Part shown: positions 1 to 8,696 of the stretch, one piece after another
Layout: the number at the start of each line of letters is the position of its first letter
How positions within the stretch are numbered: the stretch's first letter is position 1
IMG/VR virus record: IMGVR_UViG_3300049328_000002
Coordinates: 1-63,048 of that record
Length of the DNA stretch: 63,048 bases
Source of the DNA: a virus
Lineage: Duplodnaviria > Caudoviricetes
Strand: one strand, 5' to 3'
Position numbers and translations under genes: made by a program
Notes under the pieces: model-generated
Databases searched by the model: none
Seen by the model: only the letters and a program-made list of their open reading frames with translations
Told to the model about the DNA's origin: nothing

Positions 1-127
1 TCCCGTATGGCACGGAATGAAACTACGCGAGATTAAAGAAGCTATCCGCGCCGAATTACGGCAAGGCGCGGTTGCCGGTAGCGGCGACGATGCGCGGTTG
101 CTTAGTGCCGATATGGTGCGACCTGGG
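1..127. repeat. Terminal direct repeat (assembly overlap), identical to 62922-63048
   Basis: Exact 127-nt identity of both ends; an ORF reads through the junction. Confidence 0.95.
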
Positions 128-295
128 GAAGAGAAGCGCGCCGACACACTCACGCGCGCAGCGTATGCCGCCGTCAATCGGATCAGCGGCGCGAAGAAAG
201 GACAACGTACGTTCTTCCGCGAGCTGGAAAAATCAACCAATGGCGATAGCGACGAATCCGTTTACGCATTCTTTGTATTCCGCGAGGTGGACTAA
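17..295 (+). CDS. Hypothetical early protein, 3' part (true start at 62842, across the circular junction)
   Basis: ATG at 62842 after a GGGGGA RBS is in frame with this ORF; its stop overlaps the next ATG (TAATG). Confidence 0.75.
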   Translation: MKLREIKEAIRAELRQGAVAGSGDDARLLSADMVRPGEEKRADTLTRAAYAAVNRISGAKKGQRTFFRELEKSTNGDSDESVYAFFVFREVD

Positions 296-777
296 TGAAC
301 ATCGCAGACGAAATTAAAAGACATATGGCGCTGGCATTCTTCGGTAGCGCGTATGCCGATATGGCGGAAGAGTGCGGCGAACCGTTACAAGGCGAAATTA
401 TGGATCAATTGCCGGACGAGATAGACGCGGCGGCGATCCATGCGGCGGATACGCTGGCAATGGACATGGAGCGCGTTAGATACAACGTCGCAACCGGGCA
501 CATGGAAGAACAGCGCACGCTAACGCTCGAATTGATCTATAAGCGCGCGCTCGCGATCAATCTTTTATCCGATGACAAAGGCGACCGGCCTTTTACCGCT
601 GAAATGTTTGGCCACTACTGCGCGATGCAAGCAATGGGGCACGGCGTCGGTTTGTACGATGCATTCGGGAGTGCGGTTTATCAAGCAATCGTTGTTCCGT
701 ATGTTGAGTTTAGTTCGTGCTCACTGCAAAAGGACTATTTCACGGCGCCGGCAGACGAGGGAACTAGCGATGAATAG
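295..777 (+). CDS. Hypothetical early protein
   Basis: GAGGTGG RBS, TAATG coupling, 160 aa. Confidence 0.8.
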   Translation: MNIADEIKRHMALAFFGSAYADMAEECGEPLQGEIMDQLPDEIDAAAIHAADTLAMDMERVRYNVATGHMEEQRTLTLELIYKRALAINLLSDDKGDRPFTAEMFGHYCAMQAMGHGVGLYDAFGSAVYQAIVVPYVEFSSCSLQKDYFTAPADEGTSDE

Positions 778-1156
778 CGAAGCGCGTACAGTGTTGCAAT
801 CGGTTCGCGAGTTCATCCGACAGCCGTACGCATGGCCCGGCGGATATCCGAAATTCCTTGTAATGGACGATGGCGAAACAATCTGCGCGACGTGCGCCCG
901 CGCTGAATATCGGCAGATAAGTAACGCCACTCGGCACGGTTTGCGGGACGGCTGGCAAGCTGGCGCCGTAGCGCTGCATATGGAAGGCGAGCCGTTACAG
1001 TGCGGCCATTGCAGCGGGGAAATATTCAGCGCGTATGGTGTGCCGGACGAGGATAGTTGTAATTGCGACGATTACTCATGGCATGGCGAGGTGCACGCCA
1101 GCGCATGCCCGCTTGCGGGTAAGCCTATGGCCAGTAGCGACGAGGTGGCGGAATGA
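770..1156 (+). CDS. Hypothetical Cys-rich (Zn-binding) early protein
   Basis: GAGG RBS before ATG 770; YAWPGGYP, CxxC and CxHC motifs. Confidence 0.75.
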   Translation: MNSEARTVLQSVREFIRQPYAWPGGYPKFLVMDDGETICATCARAEYRQISNATRHGLRDGWQAGAVALHMEGEPLQCGHCSGEIFSAYGVPDEDSCNCDDYSWHGEVHASACPLAGKPMASSDEVAE

Positions 1157-1272
1157 ACGGTTACCGTATAACTAAGCGTGCGTTCTATGCAGCCGGCGGA
1201 TTCTCGAATCCGCGCTTGTATCGGCGCATGGTTAGCGGACGCTGGCAACACTACAGGGAGTCTGCAGAATGA
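1153..1272 (+). CDS. Small basic hypothetical protein (39 aa)
   Basis: ATGA overlaps at both ends, GAGG RBS; MNGYRITKRAFYAAGGFSNPRLYRR...; below the ORF-track cutoff. Confidence 0.65.
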   Translation: MNGYRITKRAFYAAGGFSNPRLYRRMVSGRWQHYRESAE

Positions 1273-1475
1273 CGATTATCTATATCCGCCTCATCCTAAC
1301 CGCACTGGTCGCACTGTACGCGCTGCTAAACTGCGGTTATTACCTCATCACTGGCCAGTATGCCGATGCGCTGGCGACGCTGCTATACAGCGGCATAGCG
1401 TCGCTACTGGTAGCGCCTAGTGCGGATCAGTACGCGGCATGGTGCGAGTTCGTTGATAAACATACGCCACGCTAA
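1269..1475 (+). CDS. Small membrane protein (2 TM)
   Basis: Two hydrophobic segments, GGAG RBS, followed by a terminator. Confidence 0.7.
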   Translation: MTIIYIRLILTALVALYALLNCGYYLITGQYADALATLLYSGIASLLVAPSADQYAAWCEFVDKHTPR

Positions 1476-1499
1476 CCCGCTCAACCGTCTATCTGCCTT

Positions 1500-1522
1500 G
1501 CCCGCTTAATGCGGGCTTTTTT
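1500..1522 (+). terminator. Rho-independent terminator ending the early operon
   Basis: GCCCGC-TTAAT-GCGGGC followed by T6. Confidence 0.85.
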
Positions 1523-1742
1523 ATGTCCGCTATTCCTACCTACTAACGTGCCGCTCTGACCTGGAGCGCGTGCACTCCCGCATTACTGAATTAAATCTAT
1601 CGGCTGTACCGCATGGCATGGGACTGCATAGGTGCGCCGCTGTGCCTCATTGCATGTGATGCGCTATGCAGGTATTGCCGTGTGTCGCTACGTGGCGCGC
1701 GTGGCATGCTAGGCGCGCTCAAAGATACTCACGCATGCCGGC

Positions 1743-1789
1743 GGGTCCCTCCTTCCCTGTACCGACGTACGCGGGGGCGCAGAGCCCCG
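1743..1789 (+). other. cos: cos site: cosQ-like GGGTCCC plus cosN with predicted 12-nt overhang GGGGCGCAGAGC (1774-1785)
   Basis: One mismatch to the Chi cohesive end GGTGCGCAGAGC; flanking dyad CGGGG/CCCCG; lambda cosQ is GGGTCCT; terminase is GpA-type. Confidence 0.75.
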
Positions 1790-1970
1790 TTTCTACAAAA
1801 TTTGCGGAATCCGTTAAGGCACCACCTCTATAACTAGCGGTAATCCGTCTACTCGGTTGGATTCCTGCGAGGAATGTTTTATTCGACTGGCGGTTGTGCG
1901 AGATCTCGTTCAATTCACGCTCGAGCCACAGGGCCGATGTGACGTGACCCCGCGGTTCGGCTACCTGGTG

Positions 1971-2273
1971 CTACAGCTCGTCGTCATCGTCGGGTGGCAT
2001 CGCCAGCAGATCATCGTCATCGTCCTCGCCGTCATCCGGCAGATCGAGGAAGTCGTCATCGTCGTCGAGCTTCGCCTGGTACGGTCGCCAGGCTTGCAGC
2101 GGACAGATCGTGCTCGAGCACTCGCGGATGTCCCGGCGGTTGTAGCCGGTACAGTGAAGACACATTGCTTTGATGGCGTTCGCACGACCTCCGACGCGAT
2201 CGTAGGCTTTCGTGACGATATTGACGGCACTACTCGGTACGACGGCCATGTGAGCGGTTTGGCGTTCGTTCAT
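1971..2273 (-). CDS. Hypothetical Cys-rich protein with acidic DDDDEL tail
   Basis: AGGAG RBS before ATG 2273; CxxC...CxxxxC. Confidence 0.7.
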   Translation of the reverse strand: MNERQTAHMAVVPSSAVNIVTKAYDRVGGRANAIKAMCLHCTGYNRRDIRECSSTICPLQAWRPYQAKLDDDDDFLDLPDDGEDDDDDLLAMPPDDDDEL

Positions 2274-2460
2274 TTCGACACTCCTGGGTGGGTGATATGG
2301 ATGTTCGGCGACCCCCGTTTTCCATATATGTTTCAGATCGAGATGACGCGAACGCACATAGGGTAGTACGTAGGTAGCGGGTACGGCAAGAAAACGATTT
2401 AAGAAACATTCGCTGCACGGTTGTATCAGCCAGGGTGTCGGCGGCTGTTGAAATGTTGCC

Positions 2461-2766
2461 GCGAAGTGGCACTGGACTGGATGTACCGGAAAAACGGCAC
2501 TTTCGGGTTAGCTGGAATTTTGGCGATAATTTTTTATTTTCCATTACGCGGAGTCAGAACTAGGGTTTATCCAGTCCATCCAGTCCAGTTTGGATAAAAA
2601 ATAACCAATTTCAGCACATTTGATACAGCTAAGCGGCACACTCATGGCCAGAATCAATCGACAAAGTGGCTGATGCCATTTAGCGGCATGCCACTTTGCA
2701 GATAAGCCATTTAGCGACTCAGTAAATCATCCCATTTAGTGGCGCATCGATCCTTTGCCACTTTGC
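2461..2766. repeat. Iteron-like GCCAYTTWGC array plus AT-rich tract; candidate replication origin
   Basis: Forward copies at 2675, 2690, 2706, 2731, 2757; inverted copies at 2461, 2628, 2661; AT-rich about 2515-2620; next to the primase-helicase gene. Confidence 0.55.
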
Positions 2767-2784
2767 GACGAGAAACTTAGCGGC

Positions 2785-2810
2785 AAAAAGAAGGGCCGCA
2801 TCGCGGCCCT
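2785..2810 (-). terminator. Rho-independent terminator after primase-helicase
   Basis: Minus strand AGGGCCGC-GAT-GCGGCCCT-TCTTTTT. Confidence 0.85.
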
Positions 2811-2814
2811 GTCG

Positions 2815-5325
2815 TCATAGCTCGTTGTCCTCGAACTCTCGCATTCGTCGTTTCAGGAACGAGCGCACCTTCTCGGAATCGACGAATAGACCGTGGCCTT
2901 CGTCCGACTGGAACTGCTCGATTCGACGGGACCAGAACCGCCGCCAATCGCCCTGAACGCGAATCCGACCGAGCACTTCCCAACCGTGTCGTTGCAGCAT
3001 CGAGCTCATGGTCTTCGGCGCTGGGAAGTCGATACCGCGGCCAACCATCTGGTCGCTGAGCACGCCGAGATCCAGCAGCTCGTAGCTGATTTCCGGGGCG
3101 ACGTTCTCACCGATCAGGTCGTCGAGCTGCTGCACGAACTCCGGCTTCGCCTGGCGCACCATGAAGTTGCGAGCCGACGTGACCGGCGCGTCGCCGCGAG
3201 GGTTGAATTCGCTGCTCTGCTCGTGCTTGAGCAACCACTGGCGCAGTGCGCCGGCCGACTCTTCGAAGGTCCGATACAGCAGCTCGTAGTAGTCAGGGTT
3301 CTCGTCCTTGAACGTGTCGAGCAGATCCTTTCGCTGCCATCGGCTGAACAACACCAGGTAGCGCCGGCTGTCGTCATCGATCGGCAGCGCATCCTTGTAG
3401 TTCGTGAACAGCAGGTACGAGGTGGTGTTCCTCGCGTTGTAGGATGCCTTGCCCTTCGGATGCACTTCGATCGTGTTGTTCGTGATGAACGGCTTGATCG
3501 AGTTGATGACCTCGTAGCGGTCGTGCTTGATCAGCCTGACCTCTTCGATGCACGCGAGGCACTGGCCGATCACCCAGTCGCTGAAGTCCGACTCGAGGAT
3601 CTTCGCATTGACCATGCGCACGTTGGTCGTCCCCATGATTGCGCGCAGCATCTCGGCGAAGAACGTCTTGCCGTCACCCTGGACACCCTGCATGACGATC
3701 GCATAGTTCGCATGTTGGCCGGGGTTCTGCACGACCCAGCTGATCCAGTCGAGGAACATGCGGCGCTCGCCCTCGTCGCCGATCAGGTGGGCCAGGTGGT
3801 TCTTGACCCGCTCGATGTTGCGCTTGTCGCGCGGCAGCAGCTTCTCGGGGACTTCAGGGATCTCGTGCTCGGGGTAGGTGTTGGCGAACGTGCCTTCCGC
3901 GGTGTGATAGATCGCATCGCGACCCGGCTCGTAGCGGCGGCCGGCGACGACGCTGATCTTGAAGAGATTAAGCGCGAGCTCGTGCGCCTTCGATGAAGGT
4001 GCCGTCTTGCCGTCGATGATGTCCTTCTTCGTCAGCGACTCGCGGTCGTACATCGCGTTGAAGCCTTGCTGCGATGCTGCGATCTTCGAGGTGGTGTTGA
4101 AGAACTTGTCGTCGCTGGTGTCGTAGATCCACGGCCGGCACCACTGCGGCGTCTTCTCGTTTTTCTTCGGCGAGTACGCGATGGCTTTCTTGATATCGAC
4201 CAGCGGGATCTTCGTTCCGGTAATGGCTTCGCGCCGCGACTTGGCGATCTGAGCCACGGCCGCTCGAGCGAGAACGTCGATTTCAGCTTCCTGCGCCTGC
4301 TTCCGTGCCTTCTCCCATTCGCGCAGATTCTTCGCGCCCATGAAGGCGTCGCACAGCTTGACGGTCAGCTCCTGGGTGGTGTTCTCGACCGCTTCCTTCG
4401 ACAGCCGCAGGATGTACCTGGCTGTGATCGGCGCCTTGCGTTTGCCTTCAACCTTGAAGCCGTTCCAGCGGCGATCGAGCGCATCGGCGTCGTAGTTGTC
4501 CGCGGTCTCGGCCCACTCGTGCCAGAACTTTTGGCCGGTCTCCTCGCCGTCGAACTGGTGGTACAGCGCCATGCCGATCTGCAACCAGGTGTCGTAATCG
4601 TCCGGGTTTGGCACCAGGAGCAGGCGCGCACGCAGCTCGTCCTCGCTGATGTCGACCGGCGCCGAGTCTTCGAGGAACGGGTTGTCGGTATCGAGCTGCT
4701 TCGCCTGCTGGCGCGCGGCTTTCTGGACGACCCAACCTTCCTTCTCCGCGAGCTCGTCGAAGTACGCGAGCAGCAATTCGATCTGCTCGACCGTCACGGT
4801 CGTCAGTTCGTTCGCCTGGGTGTTGAGCGGGTTGTCGCCGTGCGGCCATTCGTAGGCGCGGCCGGTGTCCGGGTGCGTATGGTAGGCAACGAATTGCTGG
4901 CCATCGCCGAGGACTTCGATCAGCTGCTTGTCGCCCCACTCGTCGGTGTAGACGGTCGAGCGCATCTTGCGGAACGGCTCGTCGGTTCGGAAAACCATGA
5001 GCCGCTTCGGCGCGCGGCCGATCCGCACAGGTGCGTCGCCGATATTGAATCGAATCCATTCTTCGATCTTGTCGGCGATCGTTTCATCGAGCACGTCGAT
5101 GTCGATCGCGGGGGTGTGCCTGGTGGTGATGCCGGCACCGGACCAACGGTGCCCATTCTCGAGCCATTCTTGAAGCTGCGGTTTTGTCGATCGAGCCTTC
5201 TGCCAACCATCGAATCCGGGCGCTTTCTTACCAACCTGAATCGGGATGACGTTGTACCCGTTATCGATCAACGCAGCGCCGTGCTGGGCCAGATAGTCGA
5301 CCCTACGCGCTACCTCGTCCGACAT
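2815..5325 (-). CDS. Primase-polymerase / PriCT-2 / P-loop helicase fusion (DNA primase-helicase)
   Basis: N-terminal Prim-Pol (GWQ, IDIDV), PriCT-2-like DYDTWLQIGMAL, Walker A GVQGDGKT, Walker B IEE. Confidence 0.9.
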   Translation of the reverse strand: MSDEVARRVDYLAQHGAALIDNGYNVIPIQVGKKAPGFDGWQKARSTKPQLQEWLENGHRWSGAGITTRHTPAIDIDVLDETIADKIEEWIRFNIGDAPVRIGRAPKRLMVFRTDEPFRKMRSTVYTDEWGDKQLIEVLGDGQQFVAYHTHPDTGRAYEWPHGDNPLNTQANELTTVTVEQIELLLAYFDELAEKEGWVVQKAARQQAKQLDTDNPFLEDSAPVDISEDELRARLLLVPNPDDYDTWLQIGMALYHQFDGEETGQKFWHEWAETADNYDADALDRRWNGFKVEGKRKAPITARYILRLSKEAVENTTQELTVKLCDAFMGAKNLREWEKARKQAQEAEIDVLARAAVAQIAKSRREAITGTKIPLVDIKKAIAYSPKKNEKTPQWCRPWIYDTSDDKFFNTTSKIAASQQGFNAMYDRESLTKKDIIDGKTAPSSKAHELALNLFKISVVAGRRYEPGRDAIYHTAEGTFANTYPEHEIPEVPEKLLPRDKRNIERVKNHLAHLIGDEGERRMFLDWISWVVQNPGQHANYAIVMQGVQGDGKTFFAEMLRAIMGTTNVRMVNAKILESDFSDWVIGQCLACIEEVRLIKHDRYEVINSIKPFITNNTIEVHPKGKASYNARNTTSYLLFTNYKDALPIDDDSRRYLVLFSRWQRKDLLDTFKDENPDYYELLYRTFEESAGALRQWLLKHEQSSEFNPRGDAPVTSARNFMVRQAKPEFVQQLDDLIGENVAPEISYELLDLGVLSDQMVGRGIDFPAPKTMSSMLQRHGWEVLGRIRVQGDWRRFWSRRIEQFQSDEGHGLFVDSEKVRSFLKRRMREFEDNEL

Positions 5326-5327
5326 GG

Positions 5328-5600
5328 CTAATTAATCTCAAGCGGTTTGCGGAAATATTCGTTGGGTGCCACTTTGCGGCCGAGTTTTTCCTCGATCTTC
5401 ATGGCAGAGGCTTCGCTGCATTCACCGCGGCGAACCGAGTAGGCGAGCGTCGAATGGTCGATATCGACCAGCTTGGCGAACTGACGAAGCGTGCCGCGTC
5501 CGGTCAGATCGTGAGCGATGTTAGTCATCAGGAAGCGCAGGCGGGCACAGGCCCTGGTCGCATCGTCTTCGTAGTCGTCTACCCAATTGGGGAAGCGCAT
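5328..5600 (-). CDS. HTH DNA-binding protein (Cro-like)
   Basis: TLRQFAKLVDIDHSTLAYSVRRG HTH; start taken at MRFP. Confidence 0.7.
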   Translation of the reverse strand: MRFPNWVDDYEDDATRACARLRFLMTNIAHDLTGRGTLRQFAKLVDIDHSTLAYSVRRGECSEASAMKIEEKLGRKVAPNEYFRKPLEIN

Positions 5601-5668
5601 TCCATAGGCCCTCGGCTCGGTGGGGTGAAGAAAAGTTGCAATTAACATAAATTTTCTGTTGACAGAAA

Positions 5669-5683
5669 TCAACCAAATGTTGA
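5669..5683. promoter_or_regulatory. TCAAC-N5-GTTGA box in the divergent promoter region
   Basis: TCAACCAAATGTTGA, preceded by TTGACA at 5659. Confidence 0.7.
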
Positions 5684-5725
5684 ATCTTATGTCCGCCCGC
5701 TCAATCTGACCTGGAGCCCACCAGC

Positions 5726-6214
5726 ATGAGCCATACCCGTCGAAGTCTCCAAACATCGGTGATCGAGTTCATGACCGCCACCGATCAGGCAGTCAATAAA
5801 TTTGATGCAAAAATGATCACCCTGTACACCGGGATGCAGCTCGAAGAATTGTCGGAAAAGCTCCAAGCGATCCAGGGTGGCTGCATCAACGAGGCTGATC
5901 GCAACCATTTCAAATTCGTCGTTGACGTGCTCGAGCAATTAGCCGACGAATTCAAGCGCGGACACCACCTCGGCGACGTTCTTCGCTGCGACTATCAGCA
6001 GCTTCTCGATGCCGATATCGATCTCGCCTGGGTGTCGCTCGGCGCCGCGTTCTCGACCAGCATAGACGCCGAAGGCGCGATCGACGAAGTCGCTCGATCG
6101 AATCTCGACAAGGCGCCCGGCGGTCGCGTGACCCGCGATGCGAACGGCAAGGTGCAGAAGCCCGAAGGTTGGTCGCCGCCGAACCTCTTACCGTTCGTCG
6201 CAACCGTCGAATAA
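5726..6214 (+). CDS. MazG-like NTP pyrophosphohydrolase
   Basis: EELSE...DADID...SNLDK...RDANGKVQKPEGW pattern of the DR2231-like all-alpha NTP-PPases. Confidence 0.8.
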   Translation: MSHTRRSLQTSVIEFMTATDQAVNKFDAKMITLYTGMQLEELSEKLQAIQGGCINEADRNHFKFVVDVLEQLADEFKRGHHLGDVLRCDYQQLLDADIDLAWVSLGAAFSTSIDAEGAIDEVARSNLDKAPGGRVTRDANGKVQKPEGWSPPNLLPFVATVE

Positions 6215-6232
6215 AAAAATTTGCCCACAGAG

Positions 6233-6247
6233 TCACCCGTTTGTTGA
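6233..6247. promoter_or_regulatory. TCAAC-N5-GTTGA box
   Basis: TCACCCGTTTGTTGA, intergenic. Confidence 0.65.
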
Positions 6248-6304
6248 TTACGGCCAGATCAGCAGGCGTCAACCGTATCGGCCAACCTCATGAGGAAAAC
6301 GAAA

Positions 6305-6661
6305 ATGTCCATTGAAACTCTGCTGCAAGACCTGACCGCTGCAGTCCAAGCCAACACCGCGGCCCTGCAAGGCAAGGCCCACGCAACCGCCGGCAAGGCC
6401 GAGACCAAAGCCACCACGGGCAAGACCGACAAGGCCGCATCCGCGAACAAGTCGAAGATCAGCAAGGCGGAAATGCAGGCTGCTCTGAACAAGGTCAAAG
6501 AGGAAAAAGGCACCGCAGCCGCGAAGAAACTGATCGCCAATGCAGGCTTCGACAAACTGGCCGAAGTCAGCGAGGACAAGTACCAGGAACTGTACGACGC
6601 GGCCAAAGCCGAACTCGGTGAAGGCGGCGACGACGACACCGGCAGCGACGACGGTCTGTAA
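6305..6661 (+). CDS. Conserved replication-module protein (Ala/Lys-rich linker, helical C-terminal domain)
   Basis: GAGG RBS; usual first gene of the DUF2800-DUF2815-polymerase module. Confidence 0.75.
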   Translation: MSIETLLQDLTAAVQANTAALQGKAHATAGKAETKATTGKTDKAASANKSKISKAEMQAALNKVKEEKGTAAAKKLIANAGFDKLAEVSEDKYQELYDAAKAELGEGGDDDTGSDDGL

Positions 6662-6664
6662 TTT

Positions 6665-7978
6665 GTGACCGAGCACGGAATCAATCTCGCCGCGCTCGCG
6701 CAAGACCGAGGCTCGCACTCGGTCTTTGCGCCTTCCGCATCGCCGATGTGGATGGGTTGCAGCGGATCGCTGATTCCGAACCTGCTTGCGCCGGACACGG
6801 CCGGGCGGGACGCCGCGGAAGGCACGGTCGGCCATTACGTCGGCGAGACCTGGCTGAAGAGCGGCAAGCGACCAACCCACCTGATCGGCACCGTCGAATG
6901 GGTTGAAGAAGGCGATTGGGGATTCCTGATCGAGATCGACGAGGTGATGCTGGATTTCGTTCAGCAGTACGTCGATTGGTGCGAACTCCTGCCGGGCGAT
7001 CACTACGTCGAGCAGCGAGTCTATTTCTCGCAGATCACGCCGATTCCGAATCAGGGCGGGACTGCCGATCATGTCGTTTGCCGATTGCACGTCATGATCA
7101 TCACGGACCTGAAGTACGGCAAAGGCATTTGGGTCTTCGCCGAGAACAATTCGCAGTTATTGCTGTACGCGCTCGGGTTCTTCTACGAGTGGGACTGGCT
7201 CTACGATTTCCAGACGATCGTGATCCGCGTGGCGCAACCGCGGCTCAATAACTTCGACGAGTGGACGATCACTCGCGAAGAACTGCTCGCGTTCGCCGAG
7301 TACGCGCGCGAGCGGGCGCATGCCGCCTGGGTGATCGACGCGCCGCGCACGCCGAGCGAGAAAGCCTGCCAGTGGTGCAACGTCAAAGCGACGTGCACGG
7401 CGAACGCGAAGTTGCAGATCGACCTGATGGCCGCGGCGTTCGATGACCTCGGTGCGCCGGTCACGCACGAGCAGATGGAAGAGTTCGTCGACGACCTGGC
7501 GCTCACCGTCATTCCGCAGACGGTGCCGATCGTCACGCTTAGCACCGAAGACCTGGCCGTGCTGTATTCGTTTCGCAAGATGGCCGAGAGCTGGTGGAAG
7601 GCCGTTTCGCTCGAGCTGTTCCGCCGCGCTCAACTCGGCGAGCCGATCCCCGGTCAGAAGCTGGTGGAATCGCGGTCGCGCCGCGTCTTTCGCAATAGCG
7701 AAGCCGCGGCGAAAGAATTGAAACGCCTCGGCGTACCTGAGTCGCGCATTTGGGAGAAGAAAATTCTCTCGCCCGCGCAAGCCGAGATCGAACTTAAGAA
7801 AAAAGGGCATCGGACGAAAGACCTGCCCAACCTACTTTCCGACCTGGTGCACAAGCCAGTCGGCAAGGCAACGCTGGCGCCGATCTCAGATAAGCGAGTC
7901 GCGCTGGTGGACATCTCAGGTATCGCATTCGAAGACCTGAGCGAAACCCGTGAATCCGACGAAGACGAGGAATATTGA
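6665..7978 (+). CDS. Cas4-like / DUF2800 PD-(D/E)XK exonuclease
   Basis: HSVFAPS, GTAD, DLKYG, QLLLYALG, CQWC...C. Confidence 0.9.
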   Translation: MTEHGINLAALAQDRGSHSVFAPSASPMWMGCSGSLIPNLLAPDTAGRDAAEGTVGHYVGETWLKSGKRPTHLIGTVEWVEEGDWGFLIEIDEVMLDFVQQYVDWCELLPGDHYVEQRVYFSQITPIPNQGGTADHVVCRLHVMIITDLKYGKGIWVFAENNSQLLLYALGFFYEWDWLYDFQTIVIRVAQPRLNNFDEWTITREELLAFAEYARERAHAAWVIDAPRTPSEKACQWCNVKATCTANAKLQIDLMAAAFDDLGAPVTHEQMEEFVDDLALTVIPQTVPIVTLSTEDLAVLYSFRKMAESWWKAVSLELFRRAQLGEPIPGQKLVESRSRRVFRNSEAAAKELKRLGVPESRIWEKKILSPAQAEIELKKKGHRTKDLPNLLSDLVHKPVGKATLAPISDKRVALVDISGIAFEDLSETRESDEDEEY

Positions 7979-7979
7979 A

Positions 7980-8627
7980 ATGGCAGCTCTCGAAATCAAG
8001 AAAAAGGTAACAAACGCAGTTCTCTACACCAACGGTTGCATCCGAATCGACAACGTGCGCGTATCGTTCCCGCATCTCGATGTGCCTTACGCTGGCAAAA
8101 ACGGTGACGACACCGATGACAACGGCAAGAAGAAAACGCCGAAGTTTGGCATCGTCGGCATGTTGCCTAAATCGAGTCACGTTGCTGCGAAGGATCTGAT
8201 CAAGCAAGCGATGGACGAACTTCTCGCGGCGAACGACAACGCGAAAGTGGCTGCGGATAAGAAGTTCATCCGCAACGGTGACGACTCTGATCGCGAAGAG
8301 TACGCAGATCATTGGACGGTGTCAGCGCGCGAAGAACGCCAGCCGGCGATCCGAAATCAGCGCGGGGAATTGATCACCGATCCGAAAAAGATCGCCGATA
8401 TGATCTACGGCGGCTGCTATTGCAACATTCTGATCAGACCCTGGTATCAGGACGGCAAGAAGACAGGAGCCGGTTATGGTAAGCGTGTGAATGCCGGCCT
8501 GGTCGGCGTGCAGTTTGTCCGTGACGGCGATTCCTTCGGTGAAGGTCGTATCGACGACACCGACGCCTGGGACGACGTATCCAGCAGCAGCGGCGGTGAC
8601 GGCTTCGACGATGACGACGATCTGTAA
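7980..8627 (+). CDS. ssb: Single-stranded DNA-binding protein (DUF2815, gp2.5-like)
   Basis: NVRVSFPHL, IYGGCY, GVQFVRDGDSFG; acidic tail. Confidence 0.88.
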   Translation: MAALEIKKKVTNAVLYTNGCIRIDNVRVSFPHLDVPYAGKNGDDTDDNGKKKTPKFGIVGMLPKSSHVAAKDLIKQAMDELLAANDNAKVAADKKFIRNGDDSDREEYADHWTVSAREERQPAIRNQRGELITDPKKIADMIYGGCYCNILIRPWYQDGKKTGAGYGKRVNAGLVGVQFVRDGDSFGEGRIDDTDAWDDVSSSSGGDGFDDDDDL

Positions 8628-8646
8628 GTCGCATTCCGTCTGAAGC

Positions 8647-8681
8647 AAAGCCCGGTGTGGGGATTCCCATATCGGGCTTTT
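8647..8681 (+). terminator. Rho-independent terminator
   Basis: AAAGCCCGGTGTGGG-GATT-CCCATATCGGGCTTTT. Confidence 0.8.
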
Positions 8682-8696
8682 CATTGAGTCCTCGCT

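Noticed and set aside
2893-5331. Long plus-strand ORFs opposite the primase (also 16356-17765, 34438-35826, 41453-43216 and others)
   Set aside because: Antisense shadows of GC-rich coding genes, with no motifs or RBS
6665-7978. CRISPR-Cas system suggested by the Cas4-like gene
   Set aside because: Solo DUF2800-type nuclease in the replication module; no other cas genes and no regular array
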